Origin: an uncultured Candidatus Saccharibacteria bacterium
GTDB lineage: Bacteria > Patescibacteriota > Dojkabacteria > J137 > JAEUSD01
DNA length: 27,076 bases
Direction of reading: 5' to 3'
Assembly: GCA_964525705.1 (NCBI GenBank)
Contig: CAZGHV010000001.1
Span: forward strand, 1 to 27,076
Shown: positions 7,679-15,869 of the stretch, piece after piece
Layout: every line of letters begins with the position of its first letter
Numbering within the stretch: the stretch's first letter is position 1
Made by a program: the position numbers and the translations under genes
Notes under the pieces: generated by a model
Told to the model about the DNA's origin: nothing
The model's database searches: none
The model's input: only the letters and a program-made list of their open reading frames with translations

Positions 7679-9124
7679 ATGCAAAAAGAAGATAAAAAAG
7701 CACTCCCACCACGTTCTGTAGACCAGTCTGAATGGTATACGCAAGTAATTATGCGTGCGAAACTTGCAGATTACTCTCCAGTGAGAGGCTGCATGGTAAT
7801 TCGCCCCTATGGATACGCTATTTGGGAACGAATACAAGAAGTAATGAATAAAAAAATAAAGGCTATGGGTGTGAATAATGCCTATTTCCCACTTTTTATC
7901 CCCTACTCTTTTTTACAAAGGGAACAAGACCATGTAGAAGGGTTTGCCCCAGAGGTGGCATTGCTTACTCGTGTGGGAGACAAAGAGCTTGAGGAGCCTT
8001 TGGTAGTACGTCCAACATCGGAAACTATAATCTATGAGATGTTTAAAGACTGGGTGCAATCATATCGTGATTTGCCACTAAAGATAAATCAATGGTGTAA
8101 TGTTGTTCGCTGGGAAAAACGCACAACTCCTTTTTTGCGTACCACAGAGTTTTTATGGCAAGAGGGACACACCGCACATGTAAGCAGGGATGAAGCAGAG
8201 AAAATGGTGGCAGAGGCATTGGAGATGTACTCTACATTTGCTTCCGAATACCTGGCTATTTACTCTATCCCCGGTCGCAAAACAGAGGCTGAGAAATTTG
8301 CGGGTGCAGAGTATACTACCACATTTGAGTGTATGATGAGAGACCGCAAGGCTTTGCAGAGTGGCACTTCTCATCTTTTGGGGCAAAATTTTGCGCGGGC
8401 ATTTGGATTGGAGTTTGTGGGAGAAGATCACCAAATGCATTACGCCTGGACTACTAGCTGGGGGCTCAGTACTAGGATAATCGGCGCAATTATTCTCACG
8501 CATGGTGATGACAAAGGGTTGATACTTCCTCCCCAGATTGCACCAGTCCAGGTGGTAATCGTTCCTATTTTTAAGAATGAGAACAAATCAGAAGTATTCG
8601 ACTATTGTGAAAAAGTGCAGGCACAGCTGGAAAATCTTAATATACGATCTGAATTTGATACCAGCGATAATTCACCTGGTTGGAAATTTGCTGAGGGAGA
8701 AATGCGTGGAATCCCATTGCGAGTGGAAGTAGGCAGTAAAGACATTGCAGCTCAAGTACTGACAGTGGTGAAGAGAAACGATGGCCATAAACGGCAAGTG
8801 CCATTGACCGAGATTTCGGAAGTGATCCCAGAGTTGCTAGAGCTAATACAGGCTGAAATGTTACAGAGCGCAAAAGAGTTTACACAGCAGAATACTAGGC
8901 GGGTAGATAGCTATGATGAATTTAAGCAGTTGGTTAATTCTACTGATGAACCCCTGGGGTTTATTGAGGCTTTTTTCTCTGGAGAGAAAGTGCTGGAAGC
9001 CCAGATAAAAGAAGAGACAAAATACACTACCAGATGTGTGCCGTTTGCAACTGAAACTGAAAGTGGTAGCTGCTTCATGAGTGGGAAGCCAGGGAAGCTG
9101 ACAATTTTTGGGAAAGCTTACTAA
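7679..9124 (+). CDS. proS: Proline--tRNA ligase, eukaryote/archaea (Thermus)-type, no INS editing domain, 481 aa
   Basis: WYTQVI..A.LADYSPVRGCMVIRPYG, RPTSET, QWCNVVRWE, FLRTTEFLWQEGHT, LQSGTSHLLGQNFARAF, TSWGLSTR, C-terminal GKAY. Start set at ATG 7679. Confidence 0.97.
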   Translation: MQKEDKKALPPRSVDQSEWYTQVIMRAKLADYSPVRGCMVIRPYGYAIWERIQEVMNKKIKAMGVNNAYFPLFIPYSFLQREQDHVEGFAPEVALLTRVGDKELEEPLVVRPTSETIIYEMFKDWVQSYRDLPLKINQWCNVVRWEKRTTPFLRTTEFLWQEGHTAHVSRDEAEKMVAEALEMYSTFASEYLAIYSIPGRKTEAEKFAGAEYTTTFECMMRDRKALQSGTSHLLGQNFARAFGLEFVGEDHQMHYAWTTSWGLSTRIIGAIILTHGDDKGLILPPQIAPVQVVIVPIFKNENKSEVFDYCEKVQAQLENLNIRSEFDTSDNSPGWKFAEGEMRGIPLRVEVGSKDIAAQVLTVVKRNDGHKRQVPLTEISEVIPELLELIQAEMLQSAKEFTQQNTRRVDSYDEFKQLVNSTDEPLGFIEAFFSGEKVLEAQIKEETKYTTRCVPFATETESGSCFMSGKPGKLTIFGKAY

Positions 9125-9855
9125 TCACCGTTAACTTGCAGTGATCCCATGATTGCTGCAAATTGCTCTCTTGCGAGCTTTGGTCGAGCTATGTCGCCTA
9201 TGGCGATAAATTGTAGCGGCTCATTCAGCGAAGGTATCCTCAATTCGCATAAGAATATTGGGTTCTCATAGACGTTACCATCAATTTGGCCCCCCTGTTC
9301 ATAGATATGCACTGTCAGACGATCTACCCCTTGCCTGCTCACAAAGAATTGCGTGCGTTCGCCCACCACTTGATGCAGATTACTCCCCAGCTCGAGGCTG
9401 AGAAGTGCACCTTCTGTGCCTATGATCTGGATGTTACTACCTTGGGTGGTATCAATCACCGTGGTTAAAGTTGCTGGATAAGTAAAAGATATGGCCCACG
9501 TAGGGTTGCTATACTCCAAGTAACTCTCTGTTTTTTCTGCTTCGGGTAATGTTTCTGGTTCTGATTCTGATTCTGATTCGTTTGCTTCTGAAGTAGAAGA
9601 ATTAATGCGATTGAGCTGGTTTTCAATCAGTACATCTAGCTTTGTCTCTCGCAGAACAACATCAAGCAGGGGTACTTGTTTAAATGTGGTAATAAACTGT
9701 GCAGATGCAAATATGAGCAGTGCGAAGCCGATAGTTGTCCCTAGTGCAATGAATGTGCCTGTGAGACAACCTCGGATGATGAGCTGATCCCAGCGCATTG
9801 AGCGAGTAAGCGCTTTGACGTATCTTGTTAACTCATTGTTATTTTGCTGTTCCAT
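9121..9855 (-). CDS. Membrane protein: DUF5665-like N-terminal helices, Glu/Ser linker, PsbP-like soluble domain, 244 aa
   Basis: IIRGCLTGTFIALGTTIGFALLIF resembles the DUF5665 pattern. YSNPTWAISFTYP resembles the start of a PsbP-like fold. Both family calls are from recollection and unverified. Stop overlaps the proS stop by 4 bp. Confidence 0.65.
   Translation of the reverse strand: MEQQNNNELTRYVKALTRSMRWDQLIIRGCLTGTFIALGTTIGFALLIFASAQFITTFKQVPLLDVVLRETKLDVLIENQLNRINSSTSEANESESESEPETLPEAEKTESYLEYSNPTWAISFTYPATLTTVIDTTQGSNIQIIGTEGALLSLELGSNLHQVVGERTQFFVSRQGVDRLTVHIYEQGGQIDGNVYENPIFLCELRIPSLNEPLQFIAIGDIARPKLAREQFAAIMGSLQVNGD
9559..9579. repeat. Short tandem repeat (TTCTGA)x3.5 encoding the ESESESE linker
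   Basis: ttctgattctgattctgattc seen directly. Confidence 0.8.
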
Positions 9856-9861
9856 TTGACC

Positions 9862-9870
9862 ATATTAACA
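9862..9870 (-). promoter_or_regulatory. Extended -10, probable leaderless promoter for the DUF5665-like gene
   Basis: TGtTAATAT-ggtcaa-ATG(9855). Confidence 0.55.
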
Positions 9871-9968
9871 GATATGCAAAAGGTTTTCATGTGAACGAAA
9901 AATATTTGATATGATTGGTGTTTGCATGGAATTGTCGTGAATTGTGTTAGGACTTGGGTTAACTACCA

Positions 9969-9977
9969 TGTTAATAT
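9969..9977 (+). promoter_or_regulatory. Extended -10, probable leaderless promoter for nth
   Basis: TGtTAATAT-ttacc-ATG(9983). Confidence 0.55.
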
Positions 9978-9982
9978 TTACC

Positions 9983-10609
9983 ATGGATCAATTTGAGCGG
10001 GCATCAAGAATATTGCAATTGCTTAAGTCTCAATACCCTTCTGTAGTGCCTTTTTTGGACCACAAACAAGCACATGAATTATTATTTGCCACTATTTTAT
10101 CCGCACAAAATACAGATGTCGGTGTCAACAAGGCTACCCCGGCTCTATTTAAACGGTACCCCCAGTTGGTAGATTACGCAGATTCAGACCTGGAAGAGCT
10201 TACGAGCTACATAAAAACTATTAGTTTTGCAAATAACAAGGCGAAGTATATCCAAGCAGCTGCCAGGAAAATAATCCATGATTTCAGTGGTAAGGTACCA
10301 GATACTATGCAAGGTCTCACATCGCTTCCTGGTGTGGGTAGAAAGACAGCCACAGTTATTCTGTTCCAATGGTTCGGGAAAAATGAAGGTATAACTGTGG
10401 ATACGCATGTGATCCGGCTAGCAAAGTGGTTGCGACTTTCCCAGCATAAAAAACCAGAACAGATTGAGCAGGATTTAATGACACTATTCCCAATGTCCGA
10501 ATGGGGAGAACTGAGCTTGCGCCTCATAATGCTTGGGCGAGAGGTGCTTACTGCCAAAAACCCTCAATACAAGGGCACCGTGTGGGAGGAATTTGTGGAC
10601 ATAAATTAG
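9983..10609 (+). CDS. nth: Endonuclease III (HhH-GPD glycosylase/AP lyase) lacking the 4Fe-4S cysteines, 208 aa
   Basis: ELLFATILSAQNTDVGVNKATPALF, HhH motif LTSLPGVGRKTA (catalytic Lys) and VDTHV (catalytic Asp). The protein contains no Cys. Confidence 0.95.
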   Translation: MDQFERASRILQLLKSQYPSVVPFLDHKQAHELLFATILSAQNTDVGVNKATPALFKRYPQLVDYADSDLEELTSYIKTISFANNKAKYIQAAARKIIHDFSGKVPDTMQGLTSLPGVGRKTATVILFQWFGKNEGITVDTHVIRLAKWLRLSQHKKPEQIEQDLMTLFPMSEWGELSLRLIMLGREVLTAKNPQYKGTVWEEFVDIN

Positions 10610-10630
10610 AACAGAACAGTGCAGACAGGG

Positions 10631-10636
10631 TATAAT
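10631..10636 (+). promoter_or_regulatory. -10 box, probable leaderless promoter for uvrB
   Basis: TATAAT-ggggg-ATG(10642). Confidence 0.6.
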
Positions 10637-10641
10637 GGGGG

Positions 10642-12750
10642 ATGGGTAATTTTCAGCTTAAGTCAAATTATGATCCTGCTGGTGATCAGCCAAAGGCGAT
10701 AGATGCTTTGGTGGCAGGACTGAAGTCGGGCGCACAGTTTCAGACTCTGTGGGGAGCTACAGGGACAGGGAAAACTTTCACGATGGCGAATGTTATACAG
10801 GCTGTGCAAAAGCCAACTCTGGTGTTGGCACATAATAAGACTCTAGCAGCACAATTATTCTCTGAGTTCAAAGAATTTTTCCCAGACAATGCTGTGGAGT
10901 ATTTTGTCTCCTACTACGACTATTATCAGCCAGAAGCATATGTTCCGCAGCGAGATCTGTATATTGAAAAAGACTCCGACATTAACGAAACTATTGAGAG
11001 ATATCGTAGCGCAGCTACACAGGCGTTATTAACTAGATCTGATGTAATCATTGTGGCATCGGTATCCTGTATTTACGGTATTGGGAATCCAGAAGACTAT
11101 CTTACTCTATCCAGAACATTACGAGTAGGCGAATCCTATGATCGTGATAAGCTGATTCGGCACCTAGTGGATATGCAGTATGAACGCAGCTCTGCCGACT
11201 TTTTCACTGGTATGTTTCGTGTACGTGGTGATACCGTAGATGTAAATGTGGCCGCTAATGAAAGGGCTGTGAGGATAGAATACTATGGAAATACAATTGA
11301 ACGGCTAACTGTAGTGCATCCTATTTCTGGAGAGGTGCTGGAGACGCCGGCAGAGTTGGTAATCTTCCCGGCAAAGCAGTTCGTAACGCCTTTTGAGAAG
11401 CTAAAGACAGTGATACCGCAAATCCAGAAAGATCTTGAATTGCAGGTAAAAATGTTCCGTGATAACAAAAAAGATATAGAGGCTATGCGTTTGCAGCAAA
11501 GAGTTAATTTTGATTTGGAGATGCTGCAAGAAACAGGTTATTGCAAGGGAATTGAGAATTACTCTCGCTACATAGAACGGAGGCAACCAGGAACTGCCCC
11601 TTCTTGTCTACTTGATTACTATCCGGATGACTGGTTGCTATTTATTGATGAGTCTCATATGACATTGCCACAGGTAAGAGGAATGTACAATGGTGATCGT
11701 GCTCGCAAACAGACATTGGTAGATTATGGGTTTCGTCTCCAAGCGGCTGTGGATAATCGCCCTTTAAAATATGAGGAGTTCAGGCAGCGAATACGACAAG
11801 TGGTATTTGTGAGCGCTACGCCAGGAGAAGAGGAACTTTCTTTAAGCAAAGTGGCGACAGAGCCATCGATGAGTATTAATTTAACTAAAGTTATTGAGCA
11901 AGTGATTCGTCCAACCGGCCTGTTGGATCCGGAAGTTGAAGTGCGCCCAGTTTTCCCAGAGAGTTTGTCAACTCTGCAAACGCAGTTGAAGGCAGCAAAT
12001 TATGATTATATGCCGGTGATGCGAGAAGCTGCTTGGGATAGAACGCAAGTAGCAGATCTGATTTTGGAAATAGAGAGCACAGTGGTGAAAGGACAGCGGG
12101 TACTGGTTACTACGCTCACAAAAAAAATGTCTGAGGAGTTAACTGCATTTTTGGTGGAAAAGGGAATCAAGACGCAGTATATCCATTCCGATATTGACTC
12201 TATTCAGAGGGTAGAGACTCTAAGACAATTGCGGGCCGGCGTTTATGATGTGCTGGTCGGAATTAACTTGCTGCGCGAGGGTCTAGATTTGCCGGAGGTT
12301 TCACTGGTGGCAATATTGGATGCCGATAAAGAAGGCTTCTTGCGTTCTGCAGTAAGCTTGGTGCAGACTATAGGGCGGGCAGCTAGACACGAAGAAGGAA
12401 GGGTGTTGATGTATGCCGATAAGCTCACAGACTCTATGCGTACTGCTATAGATGAGACCCGGAGGAGGCGAGCTATTCAATCGGAGTATAATTTACAGCA
12501 TCATATAGTTCCACGTAGTATTACAAAAGCTATCAGTCAGGATTTTCAGGTGCCTGTGGATACAGATGATCAGGAGAATGAGCGCAAGTATGAACTGACA
12601 AAGCGTGCAGAAAGCTATAAAGCACTCAAGAAGCCAGAACAAAAGAGGTTGCTTAAAGAGCTAGAAATGCAGATGGAAGTATATGCAGACTTGCTTGAGT
12701 TTGAGAAAGCAGCTGAGCTGCGCGATGTCATTGCACAGCTCAAGAATTAG
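10642..12750 (+). CDS. uvrB: Excinuclease ABC subunit B, 702 aa
   Basis: PAGDQPKAI, Walker A GATGTGKT, beta-hairpin YYDYYQPEAYVP, DESH, RPTGLLDP, GINLLREGLDLPEVSLVAILDADKEGFLRS, and a C-terminal UVR coiled coil. Confidence 0.98.
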   Translation: MGNFQLKSNYDPAGDQPKAIDALVAGLKSGAQFQTLWGATGTGKTFTMANVIQAVQKPTLVLAHNKTLAAQLFSEFKEFFPDNAVEYFVSYYDYYQPEAYVPQRDLYIEKDSDINETIERYRSAATQALLTRSDVIIVASVSCIYGIGNPEDYLTLSRTLRVGESYDRDKLIRHLVDMQYERSSADFFTGMFRVRGDTVDVNVAANERAVRIEYYGNTIERLTVVHPISGEVLETPAELVIFPAKQFVTPFEKLKTVIPQIQKDLELQVKMFRDNKKDIEAMRLQQRVNFDLEMLQETGYCKGIENYSRYIERRQPGTAPSCLLDYYPDDWLLFIDESHMTLPQVRGMYNGDRARKQTLVDYGFRLQAAVDNRPLKYEEFRQRIRQVVFVSATPGEEELSLSKVATEPSMSINLTKVIEQVIRPTGLLDPEVEVRPVFPESLSTLQTQLKAANYDYMPVMREAAWDRTQVADLILEIESTVVKGQRVLVTTLTKKMSEELTAFLVEKGIKTQYIHSDIDSIQRVETLRQLRAGVYDVLVGINLLREGLDLPEVSLVAILDADKEGFLRSAVSLVQTIGRAARHEEGRVLMYADKLTDSMRTAIDETRRRRAIQSEYNLQHHIVPRSITKAISQDFQVPVDTDDQENERKYELTKRAESYKALKKPEQKRLLKELEMQMEVYADLLEFEKAAELRDVIAQLKN

Positions 12751-12775
12751 CAAGTAATTTAGATCGTAATTCCCC

Positions 12776-13816
12776 CTAATACTCCTCAGTGTAGTATGGG
12801 TATTCTCCACCCAAGTCTAGCATTTCTTCTGTGGGCATCATAAACCCACCCAGTAGTTCTGTGAGGTCAAGACTTCCAGTTGGGACCTCGATGGTTACCT
12901 CAGCTGGAGCCTTCTCTTTGATAAAAATCGACACTTCACCACTTGTGGTACCATCTGCAATTTGTGAAGAGACAAATACAGGCAACATGTTCTCTCCCTG
13001 TGTGCAAATCTCCAGGTTGTCTATTACGATACTTCCCTGTTCGACCTCCATAGATTCATCTATGGCAATGTCTACCAGCATACAGCTTAATGTCATACCT
13101 TCTACAGTTCTGCTTTCTGTTATCCTGCCATTGCTGAATATTGGTTTCTGTTGTAGCTTCTGCAAGGTTTCCTCTGCTTCCGTAGCGTCTACAGTAACTC
13201 CGGTGAGTTCTGTTGCTTGCGTTACATCAAGTTTGAGCCATGTCCCCAAGAAAACATTTACAAAATCCATATCTCCCAACTCTGCTGCCAGTTCCGAGGG
13301 CAAATCATCAACTCTGAAGAACACTTTATTGTCTATATATTTCATTTGACCCGCAAGTTGGCTAGTACCAGAAGCTTCTGTAATATCTGCAGATATATCT
13401 GCCTGCCAATCATATTGACCTTGGGGGTTCTGTTTGCCCATTCCTGCCACATTTATCACTGCATCTGTGGTTGTATCTTCTGTGGAAATAGTTATTGTGA
13501 AGGCAATACTTTCTGCACCTTCAGGCTGTAATTCATTGTCGAACAATTCTAAGGTGTCAAGTCCCGACGGATCATTTGTACCAGCTTTCACTGCATCATA
13601 TACAAACTGATTGAGCTGATCCACTGCTTGCTGTGGCTGTGAGGCATCAACTAGCAGATTGCCCGCTGAACTCTGAATGCCACTTTTTGTGTTGGAATTC
13701 AAAACTAGCGCAATGCCAATTCCCCCAACTATTAGTAGTGCTACGGCTGCAGCCACAATTACCATAAGTTTTTTGTTTTTCCCGGAATTAGTTTCTTGTT
13801 TGTTTTCTGTCTCCAC
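12776..13816 (-). CDS. Single-pass membrane-anchored hypothetical protein (possible LppX/LprAFG-like beta-sheet fold), 346 aa
   Basis: K-rich N-terminus plus TM helix (LMVIVAAAVALLIVGGIGIALVL), followed by a beta-rich acidic domain with MKYIDNKVFFR...GTWLKLD. The fold call is tentative. GTG start. Confidence 0.7.
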   Translation of the reverse strand: METENKQETNSGKNKKLMVIVAAAVALLIVGGIGIALVLNSNTKSGIQSSAGNLLVDASQPQQAVDQLNQFVYDAVKAGTNDPSGLDTLELFDNELQPEGAESIAFTITISTEDTTTDAVINVAGMGKQNPQGQYDWQADISADITEASGTSQLAGQMKYIDNKVFFRVDDLPSELAAELGDMDFVNVFLGTWLKLDVTQATELTGVTVDATEAEETLQKLQQKPIFSNGRITESRTVEGMTLSCMLVDIAIDESMEVEQGSIVIDNLEICTQGENMLPVFVSSQIADGTTSGEVSIFIKEKAPAEVTIEVPTGSLDLTELLGGFMMPTEEMLDLGGEYPYYTEEY

Positions 13817-13938
13817 AGTTTTGTTGCTAAATAATAAGTTCTGATAATCATATCTTAAACATCAAAGACTGGCAAACTTGATGTAGGCTGCTTTATTCCG
13901 AAGTGGCAACTGCTGCAAAAAGTATTCTCTAAAAAGCG

Positions 13939-15843
13939 TTACTTGCATATTGCAGCTGTTTTAGCCTCGCAAGCTGTAATTAGGTCATTTCCCGCCATAG
14001 ACATTGATTCAGTCCGCAGCCCGCAGCTAAAAGAAACAAGCGCTTTGTGCAAGATGCTTTCATCTGCAAAAACTTGCAAATTTAATATATTACCAAATGG
14101 GGGAACCCCGCCTATCTGCAGACCGTAATGTTGTTGTATTTTTTCTGGCTGCTCCATCGCTAGCTTCTCACCAGCAAGCTCCTCAACAGATTTAATATTC
14201 AGTTTGTTGCTGCCAGGTAGAATGGCGATCACGTTCTTCCCAGTCTTTTTGCCTACAAGTATTAACGATTTCACTATTGACTCTGGACTTTCTCCACTCA
14301 CCCGCATTGCATCTTTGACCGCAGAAGCTTCCTCATGCTGCATATGGGTGAAATCAATATCCCTGCTTTTAAGTAACTGGATGATTGCATTGCGCATGTC
14401 TTCACCGTTCTTAATTTGGGGAAGAGTTACTTTGATACCTAGCTCTTCCAATTGCTCATTTGTAACTGCTGCCGGAGCTTCCATCACTGCTACTTTCCCG
14501 CTACCGGTCATAGGGAAGGCAATGGCCTCTTTGAGGGAGGATTCACCGGCGAGCAGCATAACTAGCCTGTCCAGCCCGAGGGCAATGCCGCCATGGGGGG
14601 GAGTCCCGGTTGCAAACGCTTCTAGCATATGGCCGATACTCTCTTGAATTTCTGTTTCGGAGTAACCCATTATGGTTAGTGTTTGTTTCAGGATTTCTGG
14701 GCGATGAGCTCGAATACTGCCTCCACCTACCTCAAACCCGTTACATACAAGATCGTACTGTGTTGTGAGTATTTGCTCAACGTTTTCTCCAGCCATGTGC
14801 TGCTCTAGGTGCTGCTGCTTTGGCATGCTGAAGGGATTGTGTGTAAATGTCCAGCCACTTTTACTATCACGTACTTCTGCTGTATCCTTCTTGTCTACTC
14901 TTTTGAAGAATGGGAAATCTATTACCCATGCAAATGCTAGCAATCCAGCTTCCTTCTCTTCTGGGGTACGTAAGTCAAATTTATCTGCACCATACTTGCT
15001 CACGGCTTCTGCATAGGTAATTACAGGGAAGTCGGAATCACGCATTTTGCCGCCTACTGCTGTAACTGCAGATTTCACAACTTGCTCAACAAGAGAGCGA
15101 ATCTCTACCTCATCTGAGAAGCTCATCTCCAAGTCCAGCTGAGTGAACTCAAACCCACGATCTGCACGCAAATCTTCATCCCGAATACAACGAGCTACTT
15201 GGAAGTAGCGATTGATGCCGGCTGTCATCAGCAGTTGTTTATATTGTTGGGGGCTTTGAGGGAGAGCATAGAATTTTCCAGGATTAAACCTTGAAGGTAC
15301 AATAAAATCTCGCGCACCTTCTTTTGTTGATTTTGTGAGCATTGGTGTTTCGATCTCCACGAAATCCTTTGCATACAAGTTGTTCCTCAAATGGCGAATG
15401 AATTCAGAGCGCATACGCATGATGGTATTCATTCTCGGGCGTCGCAAATCCAAGTAACGGTACTTAAGGCGTGTTTCTTCATTTATGTCGTGCCCGTCCC
15501 CTTTTACAGGCAGGGGTAAGTTTGTGGCTGGGTTTAGTACTATAAAATCGCTGGACGAATCCAAGACTAGCTCGAGATTCCCTGTAGCTATCTCCGAATT
15601 AACATTTTCTGGGGCACGTTCTTGCAAGACGCCACTCACTTCCACAACTGATTCTAATGGTGTTCGTTTCATCTCTGGGATACCGCTCCCCACACATTGG
15701 ATTAGTCCAGTATGATCTCGGATATCAAGAAATGTGAGCTGACCGTGGTCTCTTCTGGAGTCTATCCAGCCCTTAATTTGAATACGGCTCCCTCGCTCTT
15801 CTTTCAATAAATCTGCTACCAAAACTCTAGTATTGTGGTTCAT
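13939..15843 (-). CDS. aspS: Aspartate--tRNA ligase (bacterial type, GAD domain absent) fused to a C-terminal YbaK/ProXp-family domain, 634 aa
   Basis: GWIDSRRDHGQLTFLDIRD, RLKYRYLDLRR, EIETPMLTKST.EGARDF, ALPQSPQQYKQLLM, FQVARCIRDEDLRADR..EFTQLDLEMSF, HNPFS, GGGSIR, PPHGGIALGLDR. The last ~150 aa carry IVKSLIL and GGVPPFG. Start at ATG 15843. Confidence 0.97.
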   Translation of the reverse strand: MNHNTRVLVADLLKEERGSRIQIKGWIDSRRDHGQLTFLDIRDHTGLIQCVGSGIPEMKRTPLESVVEVSGVLQERAPENVNSEIATGNLELVLDSSSDFIVLNPATNLPLPVKGDGHDINEETRLKYRYLDLRRPRMNTIMRMRSEFIRHLRNNLYAKDFVEIETPMLTKSTKEGARDFIVPSRFNPGKFYALPQSPQQYKQLLMTAGINRYFQVARCIRDEDLRADRGFEFTQLDLEMSFSDEVEIRSLVEQVVKSAVTAVGGKMRDSDFPVITYAEAVSKYGADKFDLRTPEEKEAGLLAFAWVIDFPFFKRVDKKDTAEVRDSKSGWTFTHNPFSMPKQQHLEQHMAGENVEQILTTQYDLVCNGFEVGGGSIRAHRPEILKQTLTIMGYSETEIQESIGHMLEAFATGTPPHGGIALGLDRLVMLLAGESSLKEAIAFPMTGSGKVAVMEAPAAVTNEQLEELGIKVTLPQIKNGEDMRNAIIQLLKSRDIDFTHMQHEEASAVKDAMRVSGESPESIVKSLILVGKKTGKNVIAILPGSNKLNIKSVEELAGEKLAMEQPEKIQQHYGLQIGGVPPFGNILNLQVFADESILHKALVSFSCGLRTESMSMAGNDLITACEAKTAAICK

Positions 15844-15869
15844 TTGCAAGTAATTAATATCTAATTATT

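Noticed and set aside
11950-12042. UvrB insertion as an intein
   Set aside because: Too short, with no N-terminal Cys/Ser block or C-terminal His-Asn.
12831-13349. 172-aa plus-strand ORF
   Set aside because: Ser/Thr-rich antisense shadow of the 346-aa membrane protein gene.
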